From Podarcis muralis (lineage: Eukaryota), in the NCBI RefSeq assembly GCF_964188315.1, contig NC_135667.1:18042001-18106000 (forward strand): a stretch of 64,000 nt of DNA. The letters run 5' to 3'. The position numbers and the translations under genes were made by a program. A model generated the notes under the pieces. That model ran no database searches. It saw nothing but the letters and a program-made list of their open reading frames with translations, and was not told the DNA's origin. This document shows, in pieces, positions 12,661 to 43,440 of the stretch; position 1 is the first letter of the stretch; each line of letters begins with the position of its first letter.

Positions 12661-14374
12661 AGATGCTTTGGCATTAAGTTATGGCCTGTTCACAGTCTCC
12701 AAAGAGGTTTAAAATTCCCAAACTGGTGGAGCATCGGAGTGAGGTCGATTTACTGCCCTTTCACAATTTATAATGAAATGGTAGATGAGCACAACCACCA
12801 AATCGTTGACTGGGAGAAAACACAACATCTACAGAATTAAGGATATGTAAATTAAATTTTAAAAATTTCCAAAACTGTATGGGTGCTTGGACAAAGGGGA
12901 AGTTATATCACTCACAATGAATGACATCACAGAAAGCAGCCAACTGGTGCTCTTGAGAAGCGGTCAATCACCTTTATGCAGCCTTGAGGGATACAGTGCA
13001 TACAGGTGCAACAAATGGGAACTAAATGCGTATTACCACCCACACTCCAAAGCAATGTTTGTGCATAAATGTCCTGTGTCTGGAGACATGGCTCCAAGTG
13101 TGATCTGATCATGCAGATATCCCAAGAACCAAGGAGAAAATAGGGGGTGTCGCCTACACCCCTAGTCATGCAAATGAAGGGGACAACCAGAGCTCACCTC
13201 TCTCCCACCCCACCCCTGCTTGGTATGCAATTGTCTCATTAATTAAAATTCTCCGCAGGCTGCATTGTTTGCTTACAGGGGAGGGCGATTCCTCTAAGCT
13301 ACCTTGGCAGCCAGACTCCTAACAGGTGCTTTGCAAATAATCAATCCCTGGGCTTCCGGGATCGGTGAGCTGCTTCTACTCTCCACCTGGCAACAAGCGC
13401 AGGAAGGGCAGCTGCTGAAGACAACTCCAAAAGTCGGTTTGGACAGAAAGAGAGTGTGTTGGGCATTCCATGGCTTCCCTCTGAGCACAGTCCTGGATAC
13501 AGCATCTCATGAGGAAGAGCAATAAACAGGGGACTTAAAAGAGGATATACACCCGGAACTCCTAAGCAAGCAGGTATGCGGTGTGAAAAAGGAAGAATGA
13601 ACTGGATAGTTTAGCGAGGTCTCCTAGAAGGGTGGGCGGAGAGCATGAGGTTTTTGCTTGTTACTCCTTCGCAAAGGAGCTGGTGTCTGCTGTGTTGGTA
13701 AAGGCGAAAAACAACAACACCTAAGTAACTTGCGGGAGCAGCTATTAAGTTAGGGCTCATGTGTTTTTGGAGAAGGGAGATTTGAGTCCTACAGAGTTAA
13801 GGAGAGGAAGGAAGGATGGAAGAATACAGGCTGCTGGAGAGGGAAAATTATGTGATCCTGTTGTAAAATAGGTAGGGGACCCTGTACCTTTAATAGCTAT
13901 GTCAAAGGCAGAAGTTGTGTTGCTGGCCTTCTCTGCAATTGTAAAAGGCATCTATGCTACAACTTCTTATAATCCGTCACCCTGGGGGGGGGGGCGTTTT
14001 ATAGAACCACAGCTCCCCCCTCCCTTTCTTTCCCCCATTTGCTTGGGTGGCTCTTGTGCTTTTAAAGCTGGCAGAAATTCAACAGGTTGGGCAAACTTTC
14101 CCTATCGCTGCATCAGTTCCTGCCACAGACATTTAGAGACAGATGACGAGAAAACTCCTGACTGAAAAGTGTGGTGTCTCTAAAGCGGGTGGACATAGTC
14201 CAGGATTTTCTCTGGAAATGAATGGGTGGAATGGGAACATGACTCCAAGATGGTTTGATGGCCTTACGATTTTATTTTTTTAAATCATCCTGACTTACAG
14301 CTCCTTAATTAATATTTATTTTATCATTACTTTCATGTCACAACTTTCCTCCAAGGAGCTAAAAAGTGGTGTGC

Positions 14375-14527
14375 CAAGTTCTCCCCAACCTAATTTCACC
14401 CTCCCAACAACCCTGTGAGGGAGGTTAAGCTGAGAGATGGTGGCTGGCCCCATGTCACCCAGTGAGTTTCATGGCTGAGTGGGCATTTGAACCCTGGCCT
14501 TCCAGATCTCAGCCCAGCACTCAAACC
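14375..14527 (-). mobile_element. MIR/CORE-type SINE fragment
   Basis: CORE-like ACAACCCTGTGAGG...GCTGAGAG...GTCACCCAGTGAG...GATTTGAACCC, homologous to 30755-30963. Confidence 0.65.
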
Positions 14528-17155
14528 CCTGCACTGTATGTTACACCCTCCTCTCTTTGTAGAGGACCCAAGAGTCTCTGCTTCCTTTGGTTTCTATATA
14601 GCCCTCTAACTCACCATAAAGGTGGGGTTCTAAATAAACAAGGTAATATAATCTTATCTGCAATTTCCTGTGTGGCACCTAACGTACCTGGCAGGCTTGG
14701 GTTGGACAGGCAGTGAAACAGGAGTGGCTGTTTTCTCAAGGAAGTCCACCACAGTCTTGTAAAGTACTGTTTCCTTCACTCTTCTGGAGAAACACGAGCA
14801 GAACAATCTCATTATACTATTCCTCCACTCTTCTTGTATGCTTTAGGAACTGTGGCCGTACAAAGGGATGCCCCCCGATTCAACCGAGGAGATGCACCTG
14901 CAGCTGTGAAAGGACGCCCTTCTTTAAACTGGTGGCTTCCTCCTCACCTCCCTGGGAAAGCAATTTCCACCCACTGCATAACAGGAAAATCAGCCTGCAG
15001 AAGATATGTTCAGTTGTGACCCTGTCACACATCTGAATGGCTGAGATCTAAGAAGCTGAGCAGGTAAAAAGAGGACATGTGCTCCTGTTCATTGGATGAA
15101 AATCCCAGTGCTTAATTTTGAAAGCTGATTGGCTAAGAAGAATCAGCAACCTTAAACTCTTCCTTGGATAAAAGGAGGAAAGATTTCATAATGCTAATTC
15201 ACCAGCCAGCAGGGATGCACTGTTCATCCTCATAGGCTAAGAACAGAATATTATTTCACTGGTAGATTGGCTGGAGAGTCTGGCCGGCATGGGATTTTAA
15301 TTTCTTCTTCATTCATTGGGTCTGCTTAAGGCACTTGTTCCAGGAACTGACAGACTGCCATTGGCCAAGAACTGTGGGAATTTCCACCTTTGGGGTGACC
15401 TAGACCCTCAAAGCTGACACATTATTTGCTTTAGCCAAGTACTTCCCACTGCTCAATCACTTAAGGAAAGTAATAAAGCCAGAGACATTTCCCAGTTGTT
15501 TATTCACAGAAAATAGCAATCATCCTAGCAGATAACGGGGCAGAATATTCTCATTGCCTAGGTGAGGATAACTTCTGACGTCTGGCCCGTAATAGAAGAC
15601 GACACTTCTCACCAGAAACAACTGGACCTAGGAAAGTTGGAACTCTTTGATTAATCACTTTGAGATGTTTCTACTCTCTCACACAGCCATTTTCTGCAAG
15701 TGTGGGAAAGTGTCTGCAAGTGGAAGGACGAGTAGTGGTTTCTCCAAATGAACTTCTGGGAAGAAGGTTTCGGCTTTGTGAATGTGTAGGAGGTGTATTT
15801 CCTTTTTGTAAAAAAATAATTGTCTGAAGCTGCAAAAAAGAGGATTGCACAGACTGGCAGAAGACGTCAGAGAAAGAACTACTGTTCTCGAGATGTGCCT
15901 TGAAAGGTTACCTGGCAAGACAAGATAATATTGTGCCGGTTGATGCACTGTTCCACAAACTCAACAAGAGAACCTAGGAGATTTATGCTCTTGGGTGCTG
16001 TTTTTTAAGCCCAATAGGCTCAACCCCCAACCAGAGAGCCCAGCTTGTATTATTCTCACTGTTCTAACCTTCTAGACCTCCCTGTCCACCCAAGTGTCAC
16101 ACAGCTTGCTGGTTCCCTTTAGTCTTTGCCTACTAAGCAAGAGTTTCCTCCTGCTATACATTCTGCTAATCTCGTCATCCCCCATAAAGATTGCAGAGTC
16201 CAGTTGCATGCAAGAGAGCTGACAGCCCAACTAGAGATTTGTTCCACAGGCTCTTAGTTTCAAATGAATTTCCCATAATTTCCACCAGTGGGAACGAAGA
16301 CAATTCACAAACTGAAGTGGGTGACAGCTCAAGTAGGTTTCTTTTGTTTGTAGAGGTGGCACAACCTTGAATTATGATTCAAGGAGATGCTAGAGTAACA
16401 GGCAAACAGTTGTGTGGCCACCAGCTCTAGCACTGGTTAGTACAACTGGTACTTGTTTTGCATTTTACGGCTGTTCCCCATCCACCCCCGGACACATTTT
16501 TTGAGCAGTGATTACCAGGATAACTACCGTTACTCATACCTTTGGATGTAGCTCATATTGTGTTTAGGGTTAAAAGGGTTTTAGAATCAAATTATACTCT
16601 TTGTGAGGCTGAGATTTGGAATCTAGGGGCGCCGACTCTATTTTGACGCGTACCATGAAAACAGGTTGCCTATATGATAGTTCCCATGAATGTAAATAGA
16701 GAGCAGGTGATAAGGAGCTATGGATGTGGTAAACTGAGATGCAGTGTCAACTTTAGGCTTATCTGGACAAGGGGTGGAAGGAGGTCGTGAGTCCCGGTAT
16801 CCAGCATTAGAATAATCCAGTGTACCATCAGGGTTTAGAAAGTGAAACTAAGGCAGTTAGGCCACCTGAAAACGGTGAAAGTTATGGTTGAACTAGCCAC
16901 TGGGCTGTCCCATGAACAATGACCATTCTTTATCTCTATGCCCTGAACAGCTTCAGAGGCTAAAATCCACACACAGAAGTTCTGTTAAAGAGGCAGGAGC
17001 AGGGCACGCTGTTTCTTTTTCGACATGACAGAAGAATTTTAGGTCAAGGATGCAAGATTATATGGCTGCTTACCCAGAGGGTTTGGAAAGGCCCACTCTG
17101 GTTACAGGGTAGAGTTGTGGGTACTGTATAATTTAATGCCCTTTCCCCAAAGGCC

Positions 17156-35150
<17,995 letters not shown>

Positions 35151-37789
35151 AACCTCTCTGAAAATCTCAAGGCAGGGGAAAAAAATACTGGGAGGATAAT
35201 CTGGAACAGACTGGAATATTTCCTAGAGGAACAACAGTTTATAGAGAGATTATTCATGTGACAGGACAGAATAGTCAGAGATGGCTATAAAACTGTGGTT
35301 TCTAGCTTTTAATAAAATATACTGGGAGACTTTTCTATCTGATGAACACCGACCCCAGTGAACTGCAGAATGAGATCCTAAACTGTGACAAGCATGTTTT
35401 AGTGAGATTTTAAGTTTCATCTGCCAATAAGGGAAGCCAAACACTTTTCCTTCAATGCAACTACACTAGAGCAATTCAAGTTTGTGTAGGATGAACTGGG
35501 AACAAGCAGGAGGTTTGTAAACTTACACTGATGAGCTGCTCAAGGGATGCTGGGTGCAGCTACTGAGACAATAAAAAGAATATATAAACGATTATACTAG
35601 CAGAAATCTGGAATTACATTTATCCAGCCCTCAAATCAATGTTTGTAAAAATAGAAGACATTCATACAGAACAGTTGATGCTGCGTGGTTTTTTCCCCTT
35701 AATAATAATAATAATAAATTTTATTTATATCCCGCCCTCCCCAGCCGAAGCCGGGATCAGGGCGGCTAAAATCAATAAAATAATAAGTTGAACCATAGAC
35801 ACTAGGTTGTATTACAAAAAATCTCCCTCCATGATCAAAATACAGTATTTTGGCACTGGATCAAAGCAGCCTGCAGAATATGCTTTGACGTTTAAGAGGT
35901 TAGACTAATTGCACTGAACCCCACTGGTTTGGTAAAGGGAAGAGTTTAGAAAGGAAGAGTGACTGTTCCAAGGTTTATACACACCCAGGGGTTTTGACCC
36001 AGGGCAGATGATAAACAGCATGCAAAAGACATCTTCTGTAAAGTAAAGCAAGGCAAGGAAATCCTTCCCTCCCTCATTGGATCTAGAAAAAGGAAATGGA
36101 AATTAAAAGAGGGAACTGGAAAGAGATTCATACATGCTTGAAACTAAGCTACAAAAAGGGAGAACAGGCACAACCCAGATGATTTATTGAAGGCCGGTCC
36201 ATCTGTGACTATTACCCATTTGTTCAAAGGCTCCAGTGTTCTGCCACTGCAGTGTCCTAAAGCAAGTGGGAAGAGATGCCTGAGACTCATTGACAAAGGG
36301 AAAAAATAACATACTGTTGCATCATAGAACAATATATCAGCATGGATTGAAGTGAATTATGGTTGCTAGGATCCAGATTCAAGAGAGCTCTCATCTCTTC
36401 AGTTGTTGTGGAGAAGGGAAAATTCCAGCAAGGTGCAGATTCTCCAGTTGCTTCGTCTATGCTGATAGTGGAAGAGCAGCTTGAGGCAGCAAAATATTCG
36501 CTCTTGTGCCCCTTTTAAAGGCAGACGAGTCCTTTGAGGGCCTGGATCTTGTATCCTGCAGGTAGAACCCCCAGCCTCATATTTGTCAGGAAATCAAGAC
36601 GCCAATAAGAATCTCAGGGTTTGTTTACACTGGACTTGCACCCGTCTCTCTACTAATGGAGAGCCTCCCACATGATGCTGCCCTGCATCCTTCCCCCTTT
36701 AAATGCAGGGTTTTTCAATCCTGGCTGTTTTGTTTTGGACTTTCCAAGGAAGAAAAAAACAAACAAACAAAAAACCCCACCCTTCCTGCCTGTCTCCCCT
36801 CTAAGACAACACTGGGATGGGAAGGATCTCATCTGGATGCCCCTCCCATTATTGGGGAGACAGGCAGGTACAAGTCCACATTTTTTGCGGCAGTCCTAGT
36901 GGCCCAGTCCTAGGATTTCAGAAGCCTTCTTTCAAAGAAATGTCTGCATCAAAGGGAAAGCAGTTCTCCAGCACTTAAGATGCAGGATATTTTATCATGC
37001 AACACGTCTACCCCATCACTGCACCAATTCGAGTATTTAGTGCAGTTCAGATTGTGGCTGCACAAATCTATTGGCTAGTACCAATGATTGCATCACTAAT
37101 CAGAGACACTATCTTCCCCCACCCTTTTGATAAAGCCAACAGCCCCGAGGGAAGATGCCCACCGGCTGCATACTAAGCGTTCCTTACAAAGTAGCACAAA
37201 TTACACAGGCTTCCACAATTCAAGTTATCTTCCTTTCTCTTACTGTTAAATAAATGTTTGGTGTGCTCCAGTGCTGGGAATCCATTTCCAAAGCTCCTTT
37301 AAATACTTTCCTCCATTAGCTATTAACACCAGGCATAAAAGTGCTAGGTTATTAAGATGCCAAAGAAATGGGGGGGGGGGGGGGTTACACACAAAAATAT
37401 GGAAGTTGCTCCCTCTAGAGGTTTGATCCCTAAAGGCACCTCTTTTCAAGACCAACAACTCCCAAGTCTGACGGATCAAGGTAGTAATGCAGGGCACCCA
37501 ATACATTCACTTTTTGGGGGGAGAAGCTTGTTATAATGAAACCAGCACCGTTCAACAAAGTCCACCTGATGCTGGAATCCAGTTTCTTTCACGGCATCAG
37601 GATCCTTGCAAAGGCAAAGCAGAACTCGTTATGGTTCTTGCAGTGCCACACAGTTCCTTGCTTGCTGTGTTTGCAGGCTGATAGGACAAACGATAAGGAC
37701 CAGCTATAAAAGGGAGGGGCAGAAGACAACACACTCAAGATATCCAAGGGCCATAAAACAGAAATCCAAAGATAGGAAGCTACCTTCAG

Positions 37790-37916
37790 ACTAGTGATCC
37801 ACCCGCGTAGGAAGCTGCTTTTTATACCGGTTCCCCGGCCAGTAAAGTGAGATGAGCGCCGCAACCCCAGAGTCATCCGCGACTGGACCTAACGGTCAGG
37901 CGTCCCTTTACCTTTA
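37790..37916 (+). mobile_element. 5'-truncated Sauria SINE (subfamily A-like)
   Basis: GAGATGAGCGCCGCAACCCCAGAGTC...ACTGGACCTAACGGTCAGG...TTTACCTTT tail. Confidence 0.8.
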
Positions 37917-38419
37917 GACCAGGTAATTTTCTGGACTACACCAGTTCAGACTGCAGGTGGGGGAAGGACCAAATTTCAATGCTCCCCTTGCATTAAAAAA
38001 ACAATTCATGTTTGTGCATATATGCATATACACAGTTTCTCCCTCTGGAGATAGCTTAACTACATCAAGAAGAATAACCAGAATTCTGTCCCCTCCTTCT
38101 GTGCAATTGTAACTCTCAAAACATTGCCAGCTCATCTGAGAGCCATGCAGCAAACAAGGCCAACCGTGAGGTGGAAGTTCTAGAAGTCAACACCGAGGAG
38201 GGCTGGGAATGTCCCCTGACTGAAACATGGACAGCAGCTGCTAGTCAGTGCAGGTAATGCTGAGCTGGGTGGACCAATGGTCTGGTTCTGTTTAAGGCAG
38301 CTTCCTTTGGGGGACAGTAAATCCTTGCCTCCTGACAACTATGCACACACTAAATGTTTAAAACACATTTGGCACACATTCTTTCCCTCAAATAATTCTG
38401 CGCACTCTAGTTTGCCCCT

Positions 38420-38520
38420 CTGAGTTACAATTCCCAGCAACCCTTAGTGAACTACAGTGCCCAGAATTATTTGAGGGAAAGAATGTGCTTCGAAAGCGCT
38501 TTAAATGTATATAGCATGTA
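38420..38520. repeat. Short dispersed repeat (ACAATTCCCAGCA...ACTACAGTGCCCAG...GCTTTAAATG); related copies near 27190-27370, 42975-43100, 47865-47970, 51580-51745, 53310-53375, 53830-53940
   Basis: The same motif set recurs at these positions on either strand. Class not determined. Confidence 0.65.
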
Positions 38521-39043
38521 CACAGCCAGTAGCTTGGAGATTTCACCAAGCTCATTTTTTTTTTAAGCCAGCCTTTGAAACAATAATACCCAGTGGAACA
38601 AAATGCATTCTTGCCCACGTACAGTTAAGCCTCAGGGGTTTCCCAAAATGGGCGGTGCAAATCCACTGGGACTGAGAGTTACTTACTGAAGACTAAAGCA
38701 ACATGGGAAAAGCAGAGTGGAGAAACCAGCAGAGAGAAGTGGCCTGGAGGTGTACAAAAGCTGAGCAGAAAGATATTGCCACCTCCAGACAGCATCAACA
38801 GCAGCTTTTCTGGAACTAAGCAGATCTTGGTCTCGGGAGTGCCTGGATGGGAGACCACTTTGAAACCCCACACAAACCACTTTGAGCTCCATTCTGTACT
38901 AAAGGCAGGTTATAAAAGCAAGACATTTGAAAAGCAAGTGGAGTGAGGCGTGGTACAGAGTACTCTTAATCTTGGGGAGGGCTTTTAAATATTGGGGTTT
39001 GTTTATTTTGCCCTTTCCTGCTGTTCAAAAGGAGGGTTAAATA

Positions 39044-39100
39044 ACAAAACAACAAAACAAAACAAAACAAAACAAAACAAAACAAAACAAAACAAAACAA
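39044..39100. repeat. (AAAAC)n microsatellite
   Basis: Seen directly. Confidence 0.95.
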
Positions 39101-39852
39101 GGTCTCCTTATAGCAGGTCAGACTACAGGCCCTTTATTGTCTACACTGCCTGCAGTGGCCTTTCCACATCTCAGAGGCCTTTGCATCAGCTGCTATCTGA
39201 TTCCTTTGTGCTAGAAATATTGGGGAACTGATCACAGGACCCCCTTCGTTTAGAGCATGTGCTCCGGCCACTGCTTCCCACCCAGATCCCTTTAAATCAG
39301 GCAGACCAACAGGAGTCACCAACCTTTCAGGGCCAGGGGGCACATGTGGAATTATGAGGAAGTGCTGACACGGCGTGGTATAACATGAAAGGGATGCCAC
39401 ATCCAAAGGAGCATAAAAACAGCCGGGATCACAAAAAGCAGCGGCCATGCCTCACAAAAGAATGTGTATCAGCCACTGCCATATACACTCACAGAGAAAA
39501 GCTCACTGAATCTCTCCTCTGCTCAGAATGGATGGGAAGTTGGGTGTCCAATCCTGGCATCCCGAAAAATATGGGCACATTTAAGGGTGTGTGTTCGAAG
39601 TAAGAGAGCAACAAAGCCAACCCAAACAGGAAATGAGCAGGTACGGCAATCAGGCTCTCATGCATTATGGATTTTTGAGGTGATATTTACCGAGACATTT
39701 TGTGAGATGATATTTACTAAGACATTTTGCCGGAACCGTATGATGCTATGGCAGGCACCATGGGGCGAGCAGGTGCCGCATTGACAACCTCTGAATAAAA
39801 TTAGGCCTGTAGATTATTTGCAAGTTGCTTCTTGGAGATCAGATACAAACCT

Positions 39853-42800
39853 TCAATGACCTAGAAAAGCATAAAATTAAGGCCAAAGCTTGCCAGGCTG
39901 TGGGTCCTGTAGCTCTCCTGAGAGAACACAAGGTCAGGCTGGAGGAGAGAAACACTCACCTGGGTCCAACAGCACAAGGCACCGGAAAGTCCCTTTGCCG
40001 GAGGGTTTGAGCCTGATCCCAGGTAACACCTCCAAGAACTTCAGGCTGTCACTGTAGCCTCGCTCCAAGCACAGTTTCCACAGCTTGACCTTGTGCTCCT
40101 TCCACACCAGGGCCTCCAGCTTATCCAGACGCAAACCTAAAGGAAACTGGCCCAGAGTGCTTCGGAGGAGAGGGATCACATCCACACCACCTGAAAGATA
40201 CAAAGAGGCCTCGATGATGATAAAAAGGCTTTTAAGTAGGACTCTGCATGCCCTCCCCACCGATCCAGTGTTCCAGATCTGTCCTGGGCAGACTTGACCT
40301 GGATCTGGGCCCCAAACTGGGGCCCTAGCGCACTGTTTAATTGTGGTTTTAAACCCTATTTTATATGTGGTCCAAGGGCAGGGGAAGAGACACAGACAGG
40401 CTGCCTGCACTTCCTCCTTCTCCTCCATCCTGCTCCTTGCCACCCGATTACCACCCCTTGGGACAGCTCTAGATGACTTTGGGTGGACCTAACCTGGGGC
40501 TGCCTCAAGCTGCTCCAGGCAATCAGCCCAATTTGGCTCAGGACCTAGAATTCGGACAGAGTGGCCCCACAGCCCTACTTTTTAGTGTTGTTTGGAATGG
40601 ATCTCAGTTACCTGGAACAGCTAGCCCATTTGTCAGTGGGTGCTAAGTGTGGAACCAGTGCTTTACTTGCACACAAGTTTTTGTACTCTTCATGCCAAAT
40701 TCCTCTTGATTATTTCTCGACTATACTACAAACTGTCAAAGTCACAGGACTCCTGACTTTTATTATATTTCTTTTCCCTTAGCCTCATTAGGCTTCAGTT
40801 CCCATTGCAACTGCTAAAGACCTCTCTCCAGTTAAGGAAGTATTTACAGAACCTCCGATCAGAAATTAAACTGAAACAGGCTTCATTAGGATGAGGGTAT
40901 TCTTCAGAAAGCTGGATGATTTTCTTCCTGCTGCACACCTGCTGACGGTGGGGAAGGTATGGCCAGCCTGCTCTACACAGAACGAAGTGATAAACGAGTG
41001 TGCTGAACAGAGAGGACAAACTGTACCTCTTCACACTGCAAGTAAATCATCTCATTTTTGAAAGTTTCCCCATGTTAAGATTTCTCCATGATGATAAATT
41101 CAGCATAGTAGGAAAGGGCTGAGGAAGCACACAGCTACAGTCTATGTGTTCTATTTCCTGAGATGGGTGGGTGTTTTTTAAAGGATAAGTATGCAAAAGT
41201 GGACAACCAACCCCACCCTCCTGTAATCTGATGCAGTCCATTCCCCCACTTCATTCCCTTGAATGTGTAGCAGTAGGCCACACCTTCTCAAACAGACCAG
41301 TCTCCTTGTCTTACCTTCACCATCTCTCCCATTCTAGCATAAAAACCACACGTTTTAGATCTCCTATTTTTCCATGCTCACATACCAGGGTCCCTTCCAA
41401 AGAGCATACAAACATTACTAGTCAGCTCCTCCATGCATCTTACTTTGCCTTGCAGAAGAAGATTCCCTTGGCCACTCATAGGCAGGGTCCAGCTCGTCTG
41501 AGGTGAAATCAAAGGGATGATAAGCAGCCCTGCGTGAAGGTTTCTTGCACTGGTGTGTGGACAAAGGCGGAGCTGTGGAGCAGGCTGGAGGGGGCGCTGT
41601 GGGGCAGACTGGAGTAGAAGCTACAAATCATTTGGATACAAAACATTAAAAAGTCAAGAATGTCTGGAATCCCTATTTTCACATTACGTATGCATTGAGT
41701 TGGATCCTAAAGGTGTCTTTCCACTAGCAGAAAGCCTATTCCTGTCAGAGAAGGCCTATTTCTTCCTTAGCAGAAAACCGCTGTATGAGGAAAACCAACA
41801 CCAAATCCACGAGTTCCTCCAACTGCACACAGGCTTAGTCTCAAGCGAGACCTTTTTTATGGCCTTCTACATCTTGCTCGTTATTAAACATCATGATCGT
41901 TACTAAATTTATTCCCCGCCCTTCACCAGCAGATCCCAGGGCAAATGACAACTACACTATTTAAAATTCAAAATAAACAACAGTTAAAGCAGATTAAAAT
42001 TACAGGAATAGGGTGGACCCTGGGAACACACATCTCATGAGCCAAAGCCCAGGGTAAAAAAGTGTGTCTGCAGCATTTGCCAGGAGCTGAATTGTGAAGA
42101 AGCCAGACACACCTCTGTGGGGAGGAAGTTCAACAACTTGGGGCTGCCACAGAGATTGCCCTTCCCTGAGCCACCACCCCAAACTAATTAAAGTATTATT
42201 ATTCAATAATAAGATTTTATTATTTTTCCATGTTGAAAGCCACCCCAAACTTCTGAGGGAGGTGGAACTACCAAGAGGGCCCCATCTGCTGATCTTAAGA
42301 CCCCTGGAGGGTTTGTAGGGAAAGAAGCAGTCGTTGGGGCCTAAGTCATTTAGGGCTTTCAACATTAATGTGAGCACCCTTGAACTGGACCTGGAAGCAA
42401 AGAGTACGGCCTATGTTTTCCTCATGCACTGTTTCCTTCATGCCAAAATGCAACCCTGCTTCCCCCCATACATTATGGCACTACAGCCTAAGTAGCCTTC
42501 CATTAACTCTGGCACAATTGTTCCCGGAGGAGCACAAATGCATTTTCACCTTCCGCTCACGCTTCTTTAGATTAATCCAAGCCACCCGAAGCATGAGAAA
42601 AGGGGACATAGCATGAGAAAAGGGCACAACCAGTTTTACGTGAGGAGCAAATGCAGCCTGGGGACCCTCCTCTCACCTAGCAAAATCAGCGACAGACACA
42701 TCGCCACGCAAACCCATCTCCCCACAACTTCTCTTACCTCTGGAGAAGCTGCAGGTGTCCCAGCTCAGGGGCTGGATTTGGCTCCAAGGCCTTTGTATGT

Positions 42801-43440
42801 TGACCCCTAAGCCAGAGGCTGCTGTTATGAATAACTAATCGAAGGCCCCATTTGGACAGTAGCAGGTTGCTTTAAACCCAGAGTGGCTTAACAAAGCCAA
42901 AGTGGTTTAACAGGCGGGATAATAAATGTACAAAGTAAATAATAAATAAGCATTCAATCCCCCTTTATAATGAGCTCTGGGAATTGTAGCTCAGAAGGAG
43001 AAGGGGGGGGTGTCTCCATACAACTCTCATCACGCTTAACAAACTACAGTTCTCAAAGAGTCATTGCTGGAAACCTATTTAAAGTGTCTTAAATGTTTAG
43101 CGCAGATGGGGCCTAACGTTAAGTAATCTTGAATACACGTTAATCAATAGGAGTTACCACCTCCATGGAGACAATCCTTCTTTGCAACACCCATATCACA
43201 CTCCTGCTGCATCCCCCATCTTTAAATCAAATTTAAAGGAAAAAAAACAGTTTCCCCACAATTAGAATAGCTCCACATACTCTTCTCTGGTGGTAGAGAG
43301 GCCTCCGACTCGACTGGATGAACTGGCGAATCCATCCGTACTCTTTTATAAATAGGTTGTTCTTCCTCAGACGCTGGGCGTTTCTGACAAAGGTCTTCTT
43401 CCGTGGATCTCACCACAACTTCCAGGAGCGGTTTTTCCAT
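39853..43440 (-). CDS. Putative uncharacterised LOTUS/OST-HTH-domain protein; core exons 43440-43281, 41620-41444, 40190-39960, 39860-39853 (191 aa)
   Basis: Strong Kozak ACCATGG with an upstream in-frame stop. All exons have canonical AG/GT sites and join in phase 1. The 231-nt exon encodes a LOTUS-like winged helix. AATAAA on the minus strand at 39133-39138. Confidence 0.6.
39960..40190 (-). CDS. LOTUS/OST-HTH-like domain exon
   Basis: tctttgtatctttcag|GT...CCAG|gtgagt, 231 nt, phase 1-1. GVDVIPLLRSTLGQFPLGLRLDKLEALVWKEHKVKLWKLCLERGYSDSLKFLEVLPGIRLKPSGKGTFRCLVLLDP fits the LOTUS pattern hhRShh...G h.L..L......G[YF]..h..hL..hP.h. Confidence 0.72.
41444..41620 (-). CDS. Pro/Ser-rich linker exon of the LOTUS gene
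   Basis: atttgtag|CT...CAAA|gtaaga, 177 nt, phase 1-1, open: STPVCPTAPPPACSTAPPLSTHQCKKPSRRAAYHPFDFTSDELDPAYEWPRESSSARQ. Confidence 0.6.
41900..42365 (-). mobile_element. Older L2-type LINE 3' fragment
   Basis: TTATTCCCCGCCCTTCACC...CCCAGGGC tail-like motif, plus TTCAACAACTTGGGGCTGCCACAGAGA..GCCC resembling the L2 3' region. Confidence 0.5.
43281..43440 (-). CDS. First coding exon of the LOTUS gene
   Basis: MEKPLLEVVVRSTEEDLCQKRPASEEEQPIYKRVRMDSPVHPVESEASLPPEK; donor AAGA|gtatgt, phase 1. Confidence 0.6.

Noticed and set aside
38687-38815. In-frame phase-1 hydrophobic candidate exon downstream of the LOTUS exon
   Set aside because: It lies beyond the predicted stop and polyA signal, has a weak acceptor and no recognisable homology. 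Kept only as something RNA-seq could revive.
40795-41035. Strong minus-strand acceptor at 41036 and a 79-aa ORF
   Set aside because: In the phase required by the neighbouring exons it gives an immediate TGA.
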